A stretch of 57,696 nt of DNA from assembly GCA_031420755.1 (NCBI GenBank), contig JANONI010000177.1, positions 1-57,696 on the forward strand, written 5' to 3'. A program made the translations under genes and the position numbers. Shown in pieces: positions 1-9,213 of this stretch. The first letter of the stretch is position 1, and each line of letters opens with the position of its first letter. The notes beneath the pieces were generated by a model. That model saw nothing but the letters and a program-made list of their open reading frames with translations. It did no database searches and was not told the DNA's origin. The stretch is from Bacteroidota bacterium (GTDB taxonomy: Bacteria > Bacteroidota > Ignavibacteria > UBA10030 > UBA8401).

Positions 1-1
1 C

Positions 2-1039
2 AGTATTTTTGTTTCCGGAGTGGGCGGAACTGAAACATCTACATTAACTTATGAAGTGAGAGATTCATTAGGATTTCCGATCGATCTTAGTCGACGTGTA
101 GGTGCGAATTTTTCAATGCTATTCTTTCCAAATTCATTTGCGGGGGGCGGTACAGCACCAACTATTATCCCGAATATTGATAGCTCAGACACACAAGGAA
201 GAGTGAGAGTTACAATAGTAAGCGGTACGAAGGCAGGTGTAGTTCAAGTTACAACCAATGTAAAAGTGAGTATAACAAAGACAATCACTTCACAACCTGT
301 TAAAGTAACAGTACATGCCGGGTTCGCAGATCAAAGACATTTTACGATGGCATCGCAGGCATATAATTTCCCGGGTTTGGATAGAGCGTTTAGAATTCAA
401 GAAATAATTGTTCAGGTAGGGGATAAGTATAGTAACCCGGTCATTGAAGGAACGGGGGTATATTTTCACGCATCCCATGGAACAATGACGACTGGCGGTC
501 TTACCAATAAAATCGGATTTGTATCGGGCACATTGTATTCTGCAAATCCGTGGCCTGAAAATAGAGATACTCTTATGCCGGATGCACAGATTTTAAGTTA
601 TTATCCTTCAACAAAAGGTTTCTCCAGGGTTTACGCCAAAACTATTGGCAAAGACGGACAAATAGTAATGGATTCTCTGTTGTTCTTATGGACAGGTAAA
701 CCTGTATTTATTAATACAGGAGATAGTTCTTTTACAGTTCCAAATGGTGGAGGAGCCGGTCCTTTTACATTTACAATTGTTGATCGATACGGTCATCCGA
801 TGTCAGCAGGAACATCTATTGCAGTAACGGCATCAACGGGAAAACTTTCCGGTGATGTGTCACGAACAATACCGGATGCATTTGTGGGCGGTGCTGGGAT
901 AACAACTTTTTCAGTGTTATTGAATGATGATGCTCCAACAGATACTGCTCCTCCGGTAAACAGCAGTATACTTGTTACAGTAACTCATGAAGTGTACGGG
1001 ATCTATCAATTTACTCTTGCCAGCGGTACTATTGATTAA
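2..1039 (+). CDS. 3' part of a secreted Ig-like (beta-sandwich repeat) protein; the 5' end lies outside the window
   Basis: The frame is open from the window edge through the GTG at 20 to the stop at 1039. T/S/G/V-rich strand repeats (GTKAGVVQVTT, SIAVTASTGKLSG) are present. A hairpin terminator follows. Confidence 0.55.
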   Translation, partial: SIFVSGVGGTETSTLTYEVRDSLGFPIDLSRRVGANFSMLFFPNSFAGGGTAPTIIPNIDSSDTQGRVRVTIVSGTKAGVVQVTTNVKVSITKTITSQPVKVTVHAGFADQRHFTMASQAYNFPGLDRAFRIQEIIVQVGDKYSNPVIEGTGVYFHASHGTMTTGGLTNKIGFVSGTLYSANPWPENRDTLMPDAQILSYYPSTKGFSRVYAKTIGKDGQIVMDSLLFLWTGKPVFINTGDSSFTVPNGGGAGPFTFTIVDRYGHPMSAGTSIAVTASTGKLSGDVSRTIPDAFVGGAGITTFSVLLNDDAPTDTAPPVNSSILVTVTHEVYGIYQFTLASGTID

Positions 1040-1064
1040 GAAGGATTGAAAAATGGAGTATAGG

Positions 1065-1096
1065 AAGCCACGTTAATGAGACGTGGCTTTTTATTT
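1065..1096. terminator. Intrinsic terminator shared by convergent genes
   Basis: 9-bp stem aagccacgt/acgtggctt (1065-1073 / 1081-1089) with a 7-nt loop, followed by a T-run. Confidence 0.7.
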
Positions 1097-1771
1097 TATC
1101 TGAATTTTTGCTTTCTTAAAAATCGAGTTAAACATCAATTCTGTAAGTTTACCGGTAAATGTATTCTGCTGACTTGGATGATAACTACCGATAAGTATTA
1201 GATTGGCGTTGAGATGTGTAATTGCACCGTGTGAAAATTTTGGACGTTGGTTTAATTCAGTTAACGCAGATTCTTTTGCACAATCAAACGCTGCATTAAA
1301 ACCGATCTTTCCAAGACCAATAATAATACGCAGATTCTTTAGTAATCGAAATTCTTCAAGAATAAAACGGCGGCAATTATTAATTTCTTCCTTGGTCGGT
1401 TTATTTTGAGGCGGGGCACACCGGCAGGTTGCCGTGATATATACATTCTTCAGCACTAGTTCATCATCTCGATATAGAGATAAAATTTTGTTCGAGAATC
1501 CTGCCTTATACAAAGCGCGATATAACCATTTGCCGCTTTCATCTCCGGTAAACATTCTTCCGGTGCGATTTGCTCCATGAGCAGCCGGTGCCAAACCGAC
1601 TAATAATATTTCGGCATGTGTATCTCCAAATCCCGGAACAGGTTTTCCCCAATATTGTTCCTCGGAAAAGCGACGGACTTTGGTTATTGCTGTTTCTTCC
1701 CGCCAACTAACCAAACGAGGACATTTTTTACAGTGAAGAATATCTTTTTGCAATGAATCGAAGGTCGCCAT
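1091..1771 (-). CDS. Uracil-DNA glycosylase superfamily protein, Fe-S type (family 4/5-like)
   Basis: 226-aa ORF with an N-terminal CKKCPRL cysteine pair, a GLAPAAHGANRTGRMFTGD motif and a C-terminal HPSQQN motif. Confidence 0.85.
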   Translation of the reverse strand: MATFDSLQKDILHCKKCPRLVSWREETAITKVRRFSEEQYWGKPVPGFGDTHAEILLVGLAPAAHGANRTGRMFTGDESGKWLYRALYKAGFSNKILSLYRDDELVLKNVYITATCRCAPPQNKPTKEEINNCRRFILEEFRLLKNLRIIIGLGKIGFNAAFDCAKESALTELNQRPKFSHGAITHLNANLILIGSYHPSQQNTFTGKLTELMFNSIFKKAKIQIK

Positions 1772-1817
1772 AAACTGAAATAATTTTTACAAATTTCCGG
1801 AAGAGATGAGTTCCACT

Positions 1818-1843
1818 TTCCGCCAAGAAGATGGCGGACAAGT
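1818..1843. repeat. Short hairpin-deleted copy of the palindromic element core found at 39121-39167 and 45106-45152
   Basis: 'ttccgccaagaagatgg|cggacaagt' matches the flanks of the 39121-39167 core (17/19 and 9/9) but lacks the internal 21-nt hairpin. It forms its own hairpin, tccgcc-N8-ggcgga. Confidence 0.45.
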
Positions 1844-1865
1844 AGAAACAGAGTCCATCTATACG

Positions 1866-2690
1866 CTAAATGGTAACAAGTTCTTGTTTAATTGTCGAAA
1901 CGAATTCAACAAGATGTTTATTGAACTCAACCGGATTTTCCATATTGCTGATATGTCCTGCATTTGGAATGACAGCCATTATTGAACCGGGAATGGCTTT
2001 GTTCAATGCTTCAGAGGCACTAACGGGTGTAAGATTGTCCTTTTCACCAACAAGAATAAGTGTCGGGCATTTAATATTTGGAAGACTTAATGTTGTATCC
2101 GTGCGAGCAGCAAGAGCCAACAGTGTTCCGAAGATAGATGTTGAAGCAGTTCGTTCAACGATACTTTGAATTATCTTTACCGATTCTGGATGTGAATTGA
2201 AAGAGGAAGATGCGAAGACAATTTTAACATAATCCTGCGCGTAAAATTTCATTCCATTTGTCTGGATGAATTTGATTCCGTTTGCTCGGCGAATCTTTGC
2301 TTCGTTGCCATCTGCTTCGCTGCGGGTATCGCACAATACCATACCAAGAATACGTTCTGGATTTCGTTCAACAGCTCGAAGAGCGATATATCCTCCCATG
2401 GATAATCCGCAAATGATCGCTTTTGGGATGTGTAAATGATCCATGAATGCAACAAGATCGTCCACAAATAATTCTATTGTATAGTGTCCGGTTCCAACCT
2501 CACTTTCGCCATGTCCGCGGAGATCATAAGCAATTACGCGGTTTGTAGAAGATAGCGCATCAATCTGTCCGCCGGGAAAATTCCACATTTTATGACTAAA
2601 GGGGAATCCATGGATGAAAATGATCGGAATTGCATTCGGTGACCCGACATCGATATAGCGTGTTAAACAATTATTGATTGTAGCTTTCAT
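1866..2690 (-). CDS. Alpha/beta-fold hydrolase
   Basis: 274-aa ORF with an HGFPFS oxyanion region, a GLSMGG nucleophile elbow, and C-terminal GEKD and AGH triad residues. Confidence 0.85.
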   Translation of the reverse strand: MKATINNCLTRYIDVGSPNAIPIIFIHGFPFSHKMWNFPGGQIDALSSTNRVIAYDLRGHGESEVGTGHYTIELFVDDLVAFMDHLHIPKAIICGLSMGGYIALRAVERNPERILGMVLCDTRSEADGNEAKIRRANGIKFIQTNGMKFYAQDYVKIVFASSSFNSHPESVKIIQSIVERTASTSIFGTLLALAARTDTTLSLPNIKCPTLILVGEKDNLTPVSASEALNKAIPGSIMAVIPNAGHISNMENPVEFNKHLVEFVSTIKQELVTI

Positions 2691-2700
2691 AGGATTCTTT

Positions 2701-2739
2701 CAAAAATAAAAATAGCGTACCGATTTCTCGGAACGCTAT
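2701..2739 (-). terminator. Intrinsic terminator downstream of citrate synthase
   Basis: Stem atagcgtaccga/tcggaacgctat (2712-2739, one A-A mismatch) followed on the minus strand by tttttattttt. Confidence 0.65.
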
Positions 2740-2753
2740 TCAAAAGGAAATTA

Positions 2754-4043
2754 TTATTTACGCTTTTCAATCGGAACATAATCACGCGAATCATGTCCTA
2801 AATAGATCTGTCGCGGACGTGCAATCTTTTGATCTTCATCCAAAATCATTTCCTGCCAGTGGGTAATCCATCCGGATGTTCGTGGAATTGCAAACAAGAC
2901 AGGGAAGAATTCCATTGGAAATTGCATTGCCTTGTAGATCAAGCCCGAATAAAAATCGACATTCGGATATAATTTTCGTTTAATAAAATATTCATCGTGC
3001 AATGCTATTCGTTCAAGTTCAAGCGCAATTTCTAATTTGGGATCAACACCGGTAACTTTGAACACATCATCGGCAAGATTTTTAATAACGGTGGCACGCG
3101 GATCGTAGTTCTTATAAATGCGATGACCAAATCCCATTAAGCGTCCCTCGCCATTCTTTACTTTTTCGATGAATGCGGGAACATTCTTCACATTCCCAAT
3201 ATGATCCAACATTCTTAACACAGCTTCATTTGCACCGCCGTGCAACGGACCATACAATGCCGCTGCCGCTGCCGCCGTGGCTGAATACGGGTCTACCTGA
3301 GAACTTCCAACACTTCGCATAGCATTGGTCGAACAATTTTGTTCGTGGTCTGCATGCAGGATAAAAAGAATATTCAACGCTTTTTCAAAAATAGCGGGCA
3401 CTTCAAAATTATGAGTACCAATACTGTACATCATATTCAAAAAATTCTTGATGAAACTTTGATTGTTGTTTGGATACACATACGGCATTCCCTTGATGTG
3501 ACGGTATGAAAATGCCGCAATCGTTGGTACTTTTCCAATTAACCGTAAGATTTGTTTTTGCCGTATTTCCGGATCGAAAATCTTATTTGCTTCGGGGTAG
3601 AAGGTTGAAAGTGCGGCAACAGTACTAATGAACATTCCCATAGGATGAGCATCGTACCGGAAACCCTCCATCAATTTTTTTACATTCTCATGAATATAGG
3701 TGTGAAGCTTAATACTATCCTCCCAAACAGTTAATTGCTCTTTTGTAGGAAGATTGCCGTAGAGAAGTAAATAGGTGACTTCAAGATAATTACTTTTTTC
3801 AGCTAGTTGTTCAATTGGATATCCGCGATACCGTAAAATCCCTTTGTCGCCATCAATAAATGTTACCGTGCTTTTGCAAGAAGCAGTATTCATAAATGCA
3901 GGATCATACGTCATCATTCCGAAATCATCGTCATTGGTTTTTATTTTACGAAGATCGGTAGCGTGAATGGTGCCGTAGGTAATCGGAAGATCGTATGATT
4001 TACCAGTCCGATTATCAGTAATAGTAAGTGATTCGTTTGTCAT
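2754..4043 (-). CDS. gltA: Citrate synthase
   Basis: 429-aa ORF with the GFGHRIYKNYDPRA signature and the HADHEQN and LHGGANE motifs. Confidence 0.95.
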   Translation of the reverse strand: MTNESLTITDNRTGKSYDLPITYGTIHATDLRKIKTNDDDFGMMTYDPAFMNTASCKSTVTFIDGDKGILRYRGYPIEQLAEKSNYLEVTYLLLYGNLPTKEQLTVWEDSIKLHTYIHENVKKLMEGFRYDAHPMGMFISTVAALSTFYPEANKIFDPEIRQKQILRLIGKVPTIAAFSYRHIKGMPYVYPNNNQSFIKNFLNMMYSIGTHNFEVPAIFEKALNILFILHADHEQNCSTNAMRSVGSSQVDPYSATAAAAAALYGPLHGGANEAVLRMLDHIGNVKNVPAFIEKVKNGEGRLMGFGHRIYKNYDPRATVIKNLADDVFKVTGVDPKLEIALELERIALHDEYFIKRKLYPNVDFYSGLIYKAMQFPMEFFPVLFAIPRTSGWITHWQEMILDEDQKIARPRQIYLGHDSRDYVPIEKRK

Positions 4044-4066
4044 AATAGCTCCAAAAAATGGGAAAT

Positions 4067-5590
4067 TTAAAATACTGGTTGCGCTAATGTTACAAGTTCT
4101 TGTCCTGAAATTTTTTCAATTTCTTCATGCAAACTGTTTCCGTGTGAATCCATTGTAACGATTGCCGGAAAATTCGTTACCGATAAATGCCACATTGCTT
4201 CGGGAAGTCCGAATTGCTCAAGATCAACTCCATCCACCGATGTAATGCATTGAGCGTAATATTGCGCCGCACCGCCAATCGCGTTAAGATACACCGCTCC
4301 ATATTCTTGAAGCGCAGCGAGAGTTTTCTTTCCCATTCCGCCCTTTCCCATTACTGCTCGCACGCCAAATTTTCTGATGATATCTGCCTGATATGGTTCT
4401 TCACGGCTGCTGGTGGTCGGTCCTGCTGCTGTAATCTTCCATTGGTTATCTTTTTTTATGGTGACCGGACCGCAGTGATACAATATCTGTCCGTGAAGAT
4501 CGACAGGAGAGTTGTTTGTCATAAGGTATGCGTGGATTGCGTCACGACCGGTAAACATCTTTCCATTTACCAGCACAACATCACCGACCTTTAATGAACG
4601 AATCGTTTCTTCGCTGAGCGGTGTGTTCAGAACGATTTCTTTTCCAGAAAAAACAACTCCTTCTTTCTTACCCATCGTAATGACAGGAGCATCTTCCTTA
4701 TAAAGCCAACGTTTTATTTTTCCTGTTTGTGCATCCAGAATCACTCCCTGGCGGCGAAACGCCCAACAATCGTACGCTACCGAAACGAAGAAACTTGCCG
4801 GTAAACGATTTTGCACACCAACTTTACAACCGATAAGGGTTGAGTTTCCGCCAAAACCCATTGTTCCAATTTTTAATTTATTGGAATTTTCTAAAATATA
4901 ATTTTCTAACTCTGCTAATTCAGCATTCGAATTTACATCATCAATAGTTCTAAACAATTGCATCTTCGCATGTTCATATCCTGAAGTTCTATCTCCTCCG
5001 ATACAGACGCCAATCGCACCAATTGCACATCCGTGTCCTTGTGCTTGCCACACGGAGTGTAAAATACATTTTCGGATTCCATCAAGATTTCTTCCGGCTT
5101 TTCCCAAATGTTCAAGTTCCATTGGAAGGGAATATTGAATATTCTTGTTTTCGCAGCCGCCGCCTTTTAAAATCAACTTCACTTCAATCTCGTCATTATT
5201 TTCCCATTGTTCCCAATGCATAATCGGTGTTCCTGCTCCGAGATTATCGCCGCTGTTTTTTCCTGTTAATGAATCGACAGAGTTAGAGCGAAGTTTTCCG
5301 GATGTTGTTGAATCGGAAATCGCCTCTCGAATCCATCGTTTCATTTCAATTTGGTTGGTACCAACAGGAGTATGGATAAAGAAGGTTGGCATTCCTGTAT
5401 CTTGACAAATTGGTCCCACATTGTCGCATGCCATATCTATATTTGTTGCGATGGTTTCAAGAGCTAATGCTGCACGGGTTCCATCGTTCTCTTGTTTCTG
5501 CGCAATCTTTATTGCTTTGCGAATATCGGGGGGAAGATTGCTTGATGTGTCAGTAATTAATTCTATAATACTTTGTTTAAAGTCATTCAT
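4067..5590 (-). CDS. Class I (Fe-S) fumarate hydratase, fused alpha and beta domains
   Basis: 507-aa ORF. The N-terminal half has ICQDTGMPTFF and the C-terminal half has GKMFTGRDAIH and GKGGMG, typical of Fe-S hydro-lyases. Confidence 0.9.
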   Translation of the reverse strand: MNDFKQSIIELITDTSSNLPPDIRKAIKIAQKQENDGTRAALALETIATNIDMACDNVGPICQDTGMPTFFIHTPVGTNQIEMKRWIREAISDSTTSGKLRSNSVDSLTGKNSGDNLGAGTPIMHWEQWENNDEIEVKLILKGGGCENKNIQYSLPMELEHLGKAGRNLDGIRKCILHSVWQAQGHGCAIGAIGVCIGGDRTSGYEHAKMQLFRTIDDVNSNAELAELENYILENSNKLKIGTMGFGGNSTLIGCKVGVQNRLPASFFVSVAYDCWAFRRQGVILDAQTGKIKRWLYKEDAPVITMGKKEGVVFSGKEIVLNTPLSEETIRSLKVGDVVLVNGKMFTGRDAIHAYLMTNNSPVDLHGQILYHCGPVTIKKDNQWKITAAGPTTSSREEPYQADIIRKFGVRAVMGKGGMGKKTLAALQEYGAVYLNAIGGAAQYYAQCITSVDGVDLEQFGLPEAMWHLSVTNFPAIVTMDSHGNSLHEEIEKISGQELVTLAQPVF

Positions 5591-5597
5591 ACAACCC

Positions 5598-6296
5598 TCA
5601 GCGAATATCGTCGCTCCAATAGGTAAACTTTTCGTTTTGGTCCATGAGAGAGATTTTCATCGGTTTAATTTGTAATTGTATTTGATTTGCCGATTCATCG
5701 AATGAGATATCAAAGGCAAATGCTAATTTAAAATAAATTTCGCTTTCTTTACCCTTTGCCTCACTTGCAGTTTGTTTGTTTACATACCATGTAAACTCTG
5801 GTTCTGTTGTCAGATGTAAATATGCTCGACGATAACCGCCGACATTTTTTTCCGTAATTGCTGTATATTTGTTTGGCGTACAAATCACTGCAATTTCTTT
5901 TTTCTTCGGCTGTACTAAAATTTGCGTGGGAGATTTTATACTGTATGTTTGGTTATCAGCATCGTATTTTACAAGGTCGGCTTTCAACCATACAGAATAG
6001 ACGCGGGTATTTAATTTATGATCGCTGTAGAATTTGGAAATTTTGGCGATAAATTCGTCTTTGTTTTTTCTCTTGCGTTCGTTAAATTCTTGAGTCGATT
6101 CAAATTCACTCTTGTCCAAATTGATAGAACCGTATTCTTCGGAAAGTTTCTTTAAACCATCCCAAACAGTTTTGACAACATCAAAACATTGGTTACTCGT
6201 TAGAGTCTGATTTGGATCATACGAATCCAAACTGGTTTGTGAAAATAATGTTGTAGAATACAACACAAACAAAAGAAATAGTGATGATATTTTCAT
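5598..6296 (-). CDS. Hypothetical secreted protein
   Basis: 232-aa ORF with the N-terminal signal peptide MKISSLFLLFVLYSTTLFSQ. No family was recognised. Confidence 0.6.
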   Translation of the reverse strand: MKISSLFLLFVLYSTTLFSQTSLDSYDPNQTLTSNQCFDVVKTVWDGLKKLSEEYGSINLDKSEFESTQEFNERKRKNKDEFIAKISKFYSDHKLNTRVYSVWLKADLVKYDADNQTYSIKSPTQILVQPKKKEIAVICTPNKYTAITEKNVGGYRRAYLHLTTEPEFTWYVNKQTASEAKGKESEIYFKLAFAFDISFDESANQIQLQIKPMKISLMDQNEKFTYWSDDIR

Positions 6297-6376
6297 AGCG
6301 AGAGTCCTTTATTTTTCTTTGAGAATATACAACTTTTTTAGTGATTTTGTGGAAAAATCTGTTCAAATTTAATGAA

Positions 6377-6883
6377 ATGAGATATTTTACTCTACTTTCT
6401 ATATGTGGCATGTTCTTTTTTTCTGGTTGCGACGAACGAGGATTAAATCCTAATGATGTCAGTGAGCCAGGATTTGGCGGTACTATCGCATACGTTAGTA
6501 AACTTCCATCCAACGATAGCCTGCACGATATTCGCATTGTTGCTGTTCCGTATTTTCCGGTTGATACCACGTTTGGGCTGATATTTACAAAAATTGTTGA
6601 GGCAATAATTCCTTTCAGCGAAAGTCTTAGCGCAACTGCCGATTCGGGTAAAACGATTCAATATCAAATGTTTGTAAAGCCACAAACCTATTATTACGTT
6701 GCCGTTGTTCAACAATACGGAATGAACCCTTTTGTGGATTGGAGAGTTATTAGTGTCTATGGTTACACATCAGCAAACCCGAACCCGAAAATTGTAACCG
6801 TTGAAGAGGGTGAATTTACAATCTCCATAAATTTTATTGTTGATTTTTATAATCTGCCGCCTCAGCCATTTACGACACCGTGA
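6377..6883 (+). CDS. Hypothetical lipoprotein
   Basis: The start was chosen at MRYFTLLSICGMFFFSGC (lipobox FSGC). The stop overlaps the next gene's start (GTGA). Confidence 0.6.
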   Translation: MRYFTLLSICGMFFFSGCDERGLNPNDVSEPGFGGTIAYVSKLPSNDSLHDIRIVAVPYFPVDTTFGLIFTKIVEAIIPFSESLSATADSGKTIQYQMFVKPQTYYYVAVVQQYGMNPFVDWRVISVYGYTSANPNPKIVTVEEGEFTISINFIVDFYNLPPQPFTTP

Positions 6884-9213
6884 AAAATTTAATGCTATAT
6901 TTCGCTGAAAAACTTCAAACAATGTCATTGCGTGGAATCTGTCGGCTGACGGATAATAAGCGCCAATGGCATTTCTTCGGGAGAATCTCGCTTTTATCTT
7001 CACATTCAAATTTTAGATTCCTTGCTTGCCACTTTGTGGCTGTGCTCGGAATGACAATCATCGGAAGTGTTATTCTTGTTTCACAGGAACGGATTTCAGT
7101 ACAAGGAAAAGTTGTCTCGTCCGAAGATCAAAGTGCGATCGTTGGTGCTTCAGTTATTATAGTGAATACAACGATGGGCGCTGCAACCGATGGTGATGGG
7201 AAGTTTTCACTCGGTATTCCCCGCGATAGAAAAACAATTTCTGTCTCTGCGGTCGGGTACAAGTCGTCAACAATCATTATTCCGGAAAACAAAACGGTAG
7301 AAATTACGATTGCCTTGATGCCTTCACTTATTCAAACGCAAACAATTGTTGTTACGGCAAACAAACGTCCGCAATCACTTGAAGAAGTTCCGGTGAGCAT
7401 GAATATTATTGACGCAAAAATGTTTGAGAAGAGAAACATCATCGCGCTTGATGATGCGCTTCGATATGTTCCGGGCGTAAATTTTCAACAGTGGCAGATC
7501 AACATTCGCGCGTCAAGCGGATACAGTCGCGGCGTGGGAAGCCGCGTGTTGATGCTTGTAGACGGCGCGCCGATGCTTGCCGGCGACACAGGAGAAATTA
7601 CATTTGAAACAATTCCGGTTTCTCAAATTGACCGGGTGGAAGTGGTGAAAGGTGCGGGCTCCGCATTGTATGGTTCGGGCGCATTGGGAGGGGTGATTAA
7701 TGTGCTGACAAAAGAAATTGACGAGCAACCAATGATGTGGTGGAAATTGTACGGCGGTGTGTATTCCAATCCAGCGTACGATCAATGGAAGTGGAGTGAG
7801 AAAACCAGATTTACCAATGGTCAAATATTCGGATTTTCAACAACAGCAGACGGTCTTGGTATGGCCGCTTCTCTACAGCGAATTTCCGATGACGGGTATC
7901 GTGAACAAGATTGGCTGCGACGATATAACGTATTTCTAAAATTGAAGTATGATATTTCGCCGTATCAGTCTATTGCGTTTACATCAAATTTCTTTCAACA
8001 ATACCGCGGCGATTTTTTGTGGTGGAAAGACCTGAAGAATGCATTACGCCCGGCGGATGCGCAAAAAAATGTTACGACATCATCTCTACGGTTTAACAAC
8101 TCGGTAGTATATAAACATTTTGTGAGCGAAGATTTTTATTATGATGTCAAAGCAGTTCATTTCCGCGGAAACTGGCATCGTGATAGTTTGAATACTAAAC
8201 AACTTGATCAATCAATTTCCGACGCACTTGTTGTTGATGCTCAAGGGAATCTTACTCTGAACTCAAAACATATTCTTACATTTGGAATTGTTGGAAATGC
8301 CGAAAGAGTACGGTCGAATATTTTTGGTGTTCACGATGGAAACGGTGGTGCAGTGTATGTTCAAGACGAATACTCATTTGCAGAAAATATATCTGCTACG
8401 GTTGGACTGAGGCACGATGTTAAACAGGTTATTGGATTGCAGACAAACCAACAGACAAATCCTAAATTTGGATTACGATACACACTGAATGAATTGCATA
8501 CGATCCGCGCATCGGTCGGAAGTGGTTTTCGCACACCTTCCATTGGAGAGTTATACACATCAACTAGAAATACCGGAAGTGCAGCAATTGTTATTCCGAG
8601 CGTGAATTTAAAACCGGAACATAGTTGGACGTATGAAATTAGCAGTACCAATATGTTGTCGGAAAATTTACAATTAGAAACGGCAATATTTCACAGCGAT
8701 TTTAGCAACCTCATTGAACCGAATATTTTTTTAGATACCATTCCCAAGATCAATTTCAGGAACATCACTCAAGCAAGAATTCAGGGAATGGAAGTCAGTG
8801 TTCTAACTAATTTTTTCAATCGTTCTTTGTTGTTCGATATGAACTACAATTACAATTGGGCAATCGATCAAAAAACGAACACATTTTTGCATTTCCGTCC
8901 GCGTCATATCGCCAGCATTAATTCGGAATATCAATTTGAATACGTTACATTCGGAATGGATTATCGTTTTACAAGCAGAATTGAAACGATTGATAACAAA
9001 TTGGTAGAATTGGCTCAGATTAAGAATGGTGCTCAACGCGTTGCCATTCACATTGTGGATGTGAGAGTGATAACGAATGTAACTCCAGTAGGTCTGCCGT
9101 TTCGCGCGTCATTGAATGTCAATAATGTGTTCGGCTATAATTACAACGAACTCATCGGCAATGTTTCTCCGCCGCGGTATTTCGTATTATCGTTTGAAGG
9201 AATTATCCGGTGA
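6880..9213 (+). CDS. TonB-dependent outer-membrane receptor (carboxypeptidase-regulatory-like N-domain, plug, barrel)
   Basis: 777-aa ORF. It has VQGKVVSSEDQSAIVGASVII (CarboxypepD_reg-like), a plug region (VVTANKRPQSLEEVP..DDALRYVPGV) and a C-terminal aromatic-rich barrel. The start is uncertain (GTG 6880, ATG 6922 or ATG 7051) because a repeat occupies the 5' end. Confidence 0.85.
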   Translation: MKNLMLYFAEKLQTMSLRGICRLTDNKRQWHFFGRISLLSSHSNFRFLACHFVAVLGMTIIGSVILVSQERISVQGKVVSSEDQSAIVGASVIIVNTTMGAATDGDGKFSLGIPRDRKTISVSAVGYKSSTIIIPENKTVEITIALMPSLIQTQTIVVTANKRPQSLEEVPVSMNIIDAKMFEKRNIIALDDALRYVPGVNFQQWQINIRASSGYSRGVGSRVLMLVDGAPMLAGDTGEITFETIPVSQIDRVEVVKGAGSALYGSGALGGVINVLTKEIDEQPMMWWKLYGGVYSNPAYDQWKWSEKTRFTNGQIFGFSTTADGLGMAASLQRISDDGYREQDWLRRYNVFLKLKYDISPYQSIAFTSNFFQQYRGDFLWWKDLKNALRPADAQKNVTTSSLRFNNSVVYKHFVSEDFYYDVKAVHFRGNWHRDSLNTKQLDQSISDALVVDAQGNLTLNSKHILTFGIVGNAERVRSNIFGVHDGNGGAVYVQDEYSFAENISATVGLRHDVKQVIGLQTNQQTNPKFGLRYTLNELHTIRASVGSGFRTPSIGELYTSTRNTGSAAIVIPSVNLKPEHSWTYEISSTNMLSENLQLETAIFHSDFSNLIEPNIFLDTIPKINFRNITQARIQGMEVSVLTNFFNRSLLFDMNYNYNWAIDQKTNTFLHFRPRHIASINSEYQFEYVTFGMDYRFTSRIETIDNKLVELAQIKNGAQRVAIHIVDVRVITNVTPVGLPFRASLNVNNVFGYNYNELIGNVSPPRYFVLSFEGIIR
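6923..7056. repeat. Palindromic repeat element lying in-frame in the 5' end of the TonB-dependent receptor ORF
   Basis: Inverted termini tgtcattgc / ggaatgaca (8/9). 'aatg' occurs at both junctions (6921-6924, 7050-7053), 129 bp apart (43 codons). The translation (SLRG..FLACHFVAVLGMT) resembles the repeat-derived peptides seen elsewhere in the window. Confidence 0.5.
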
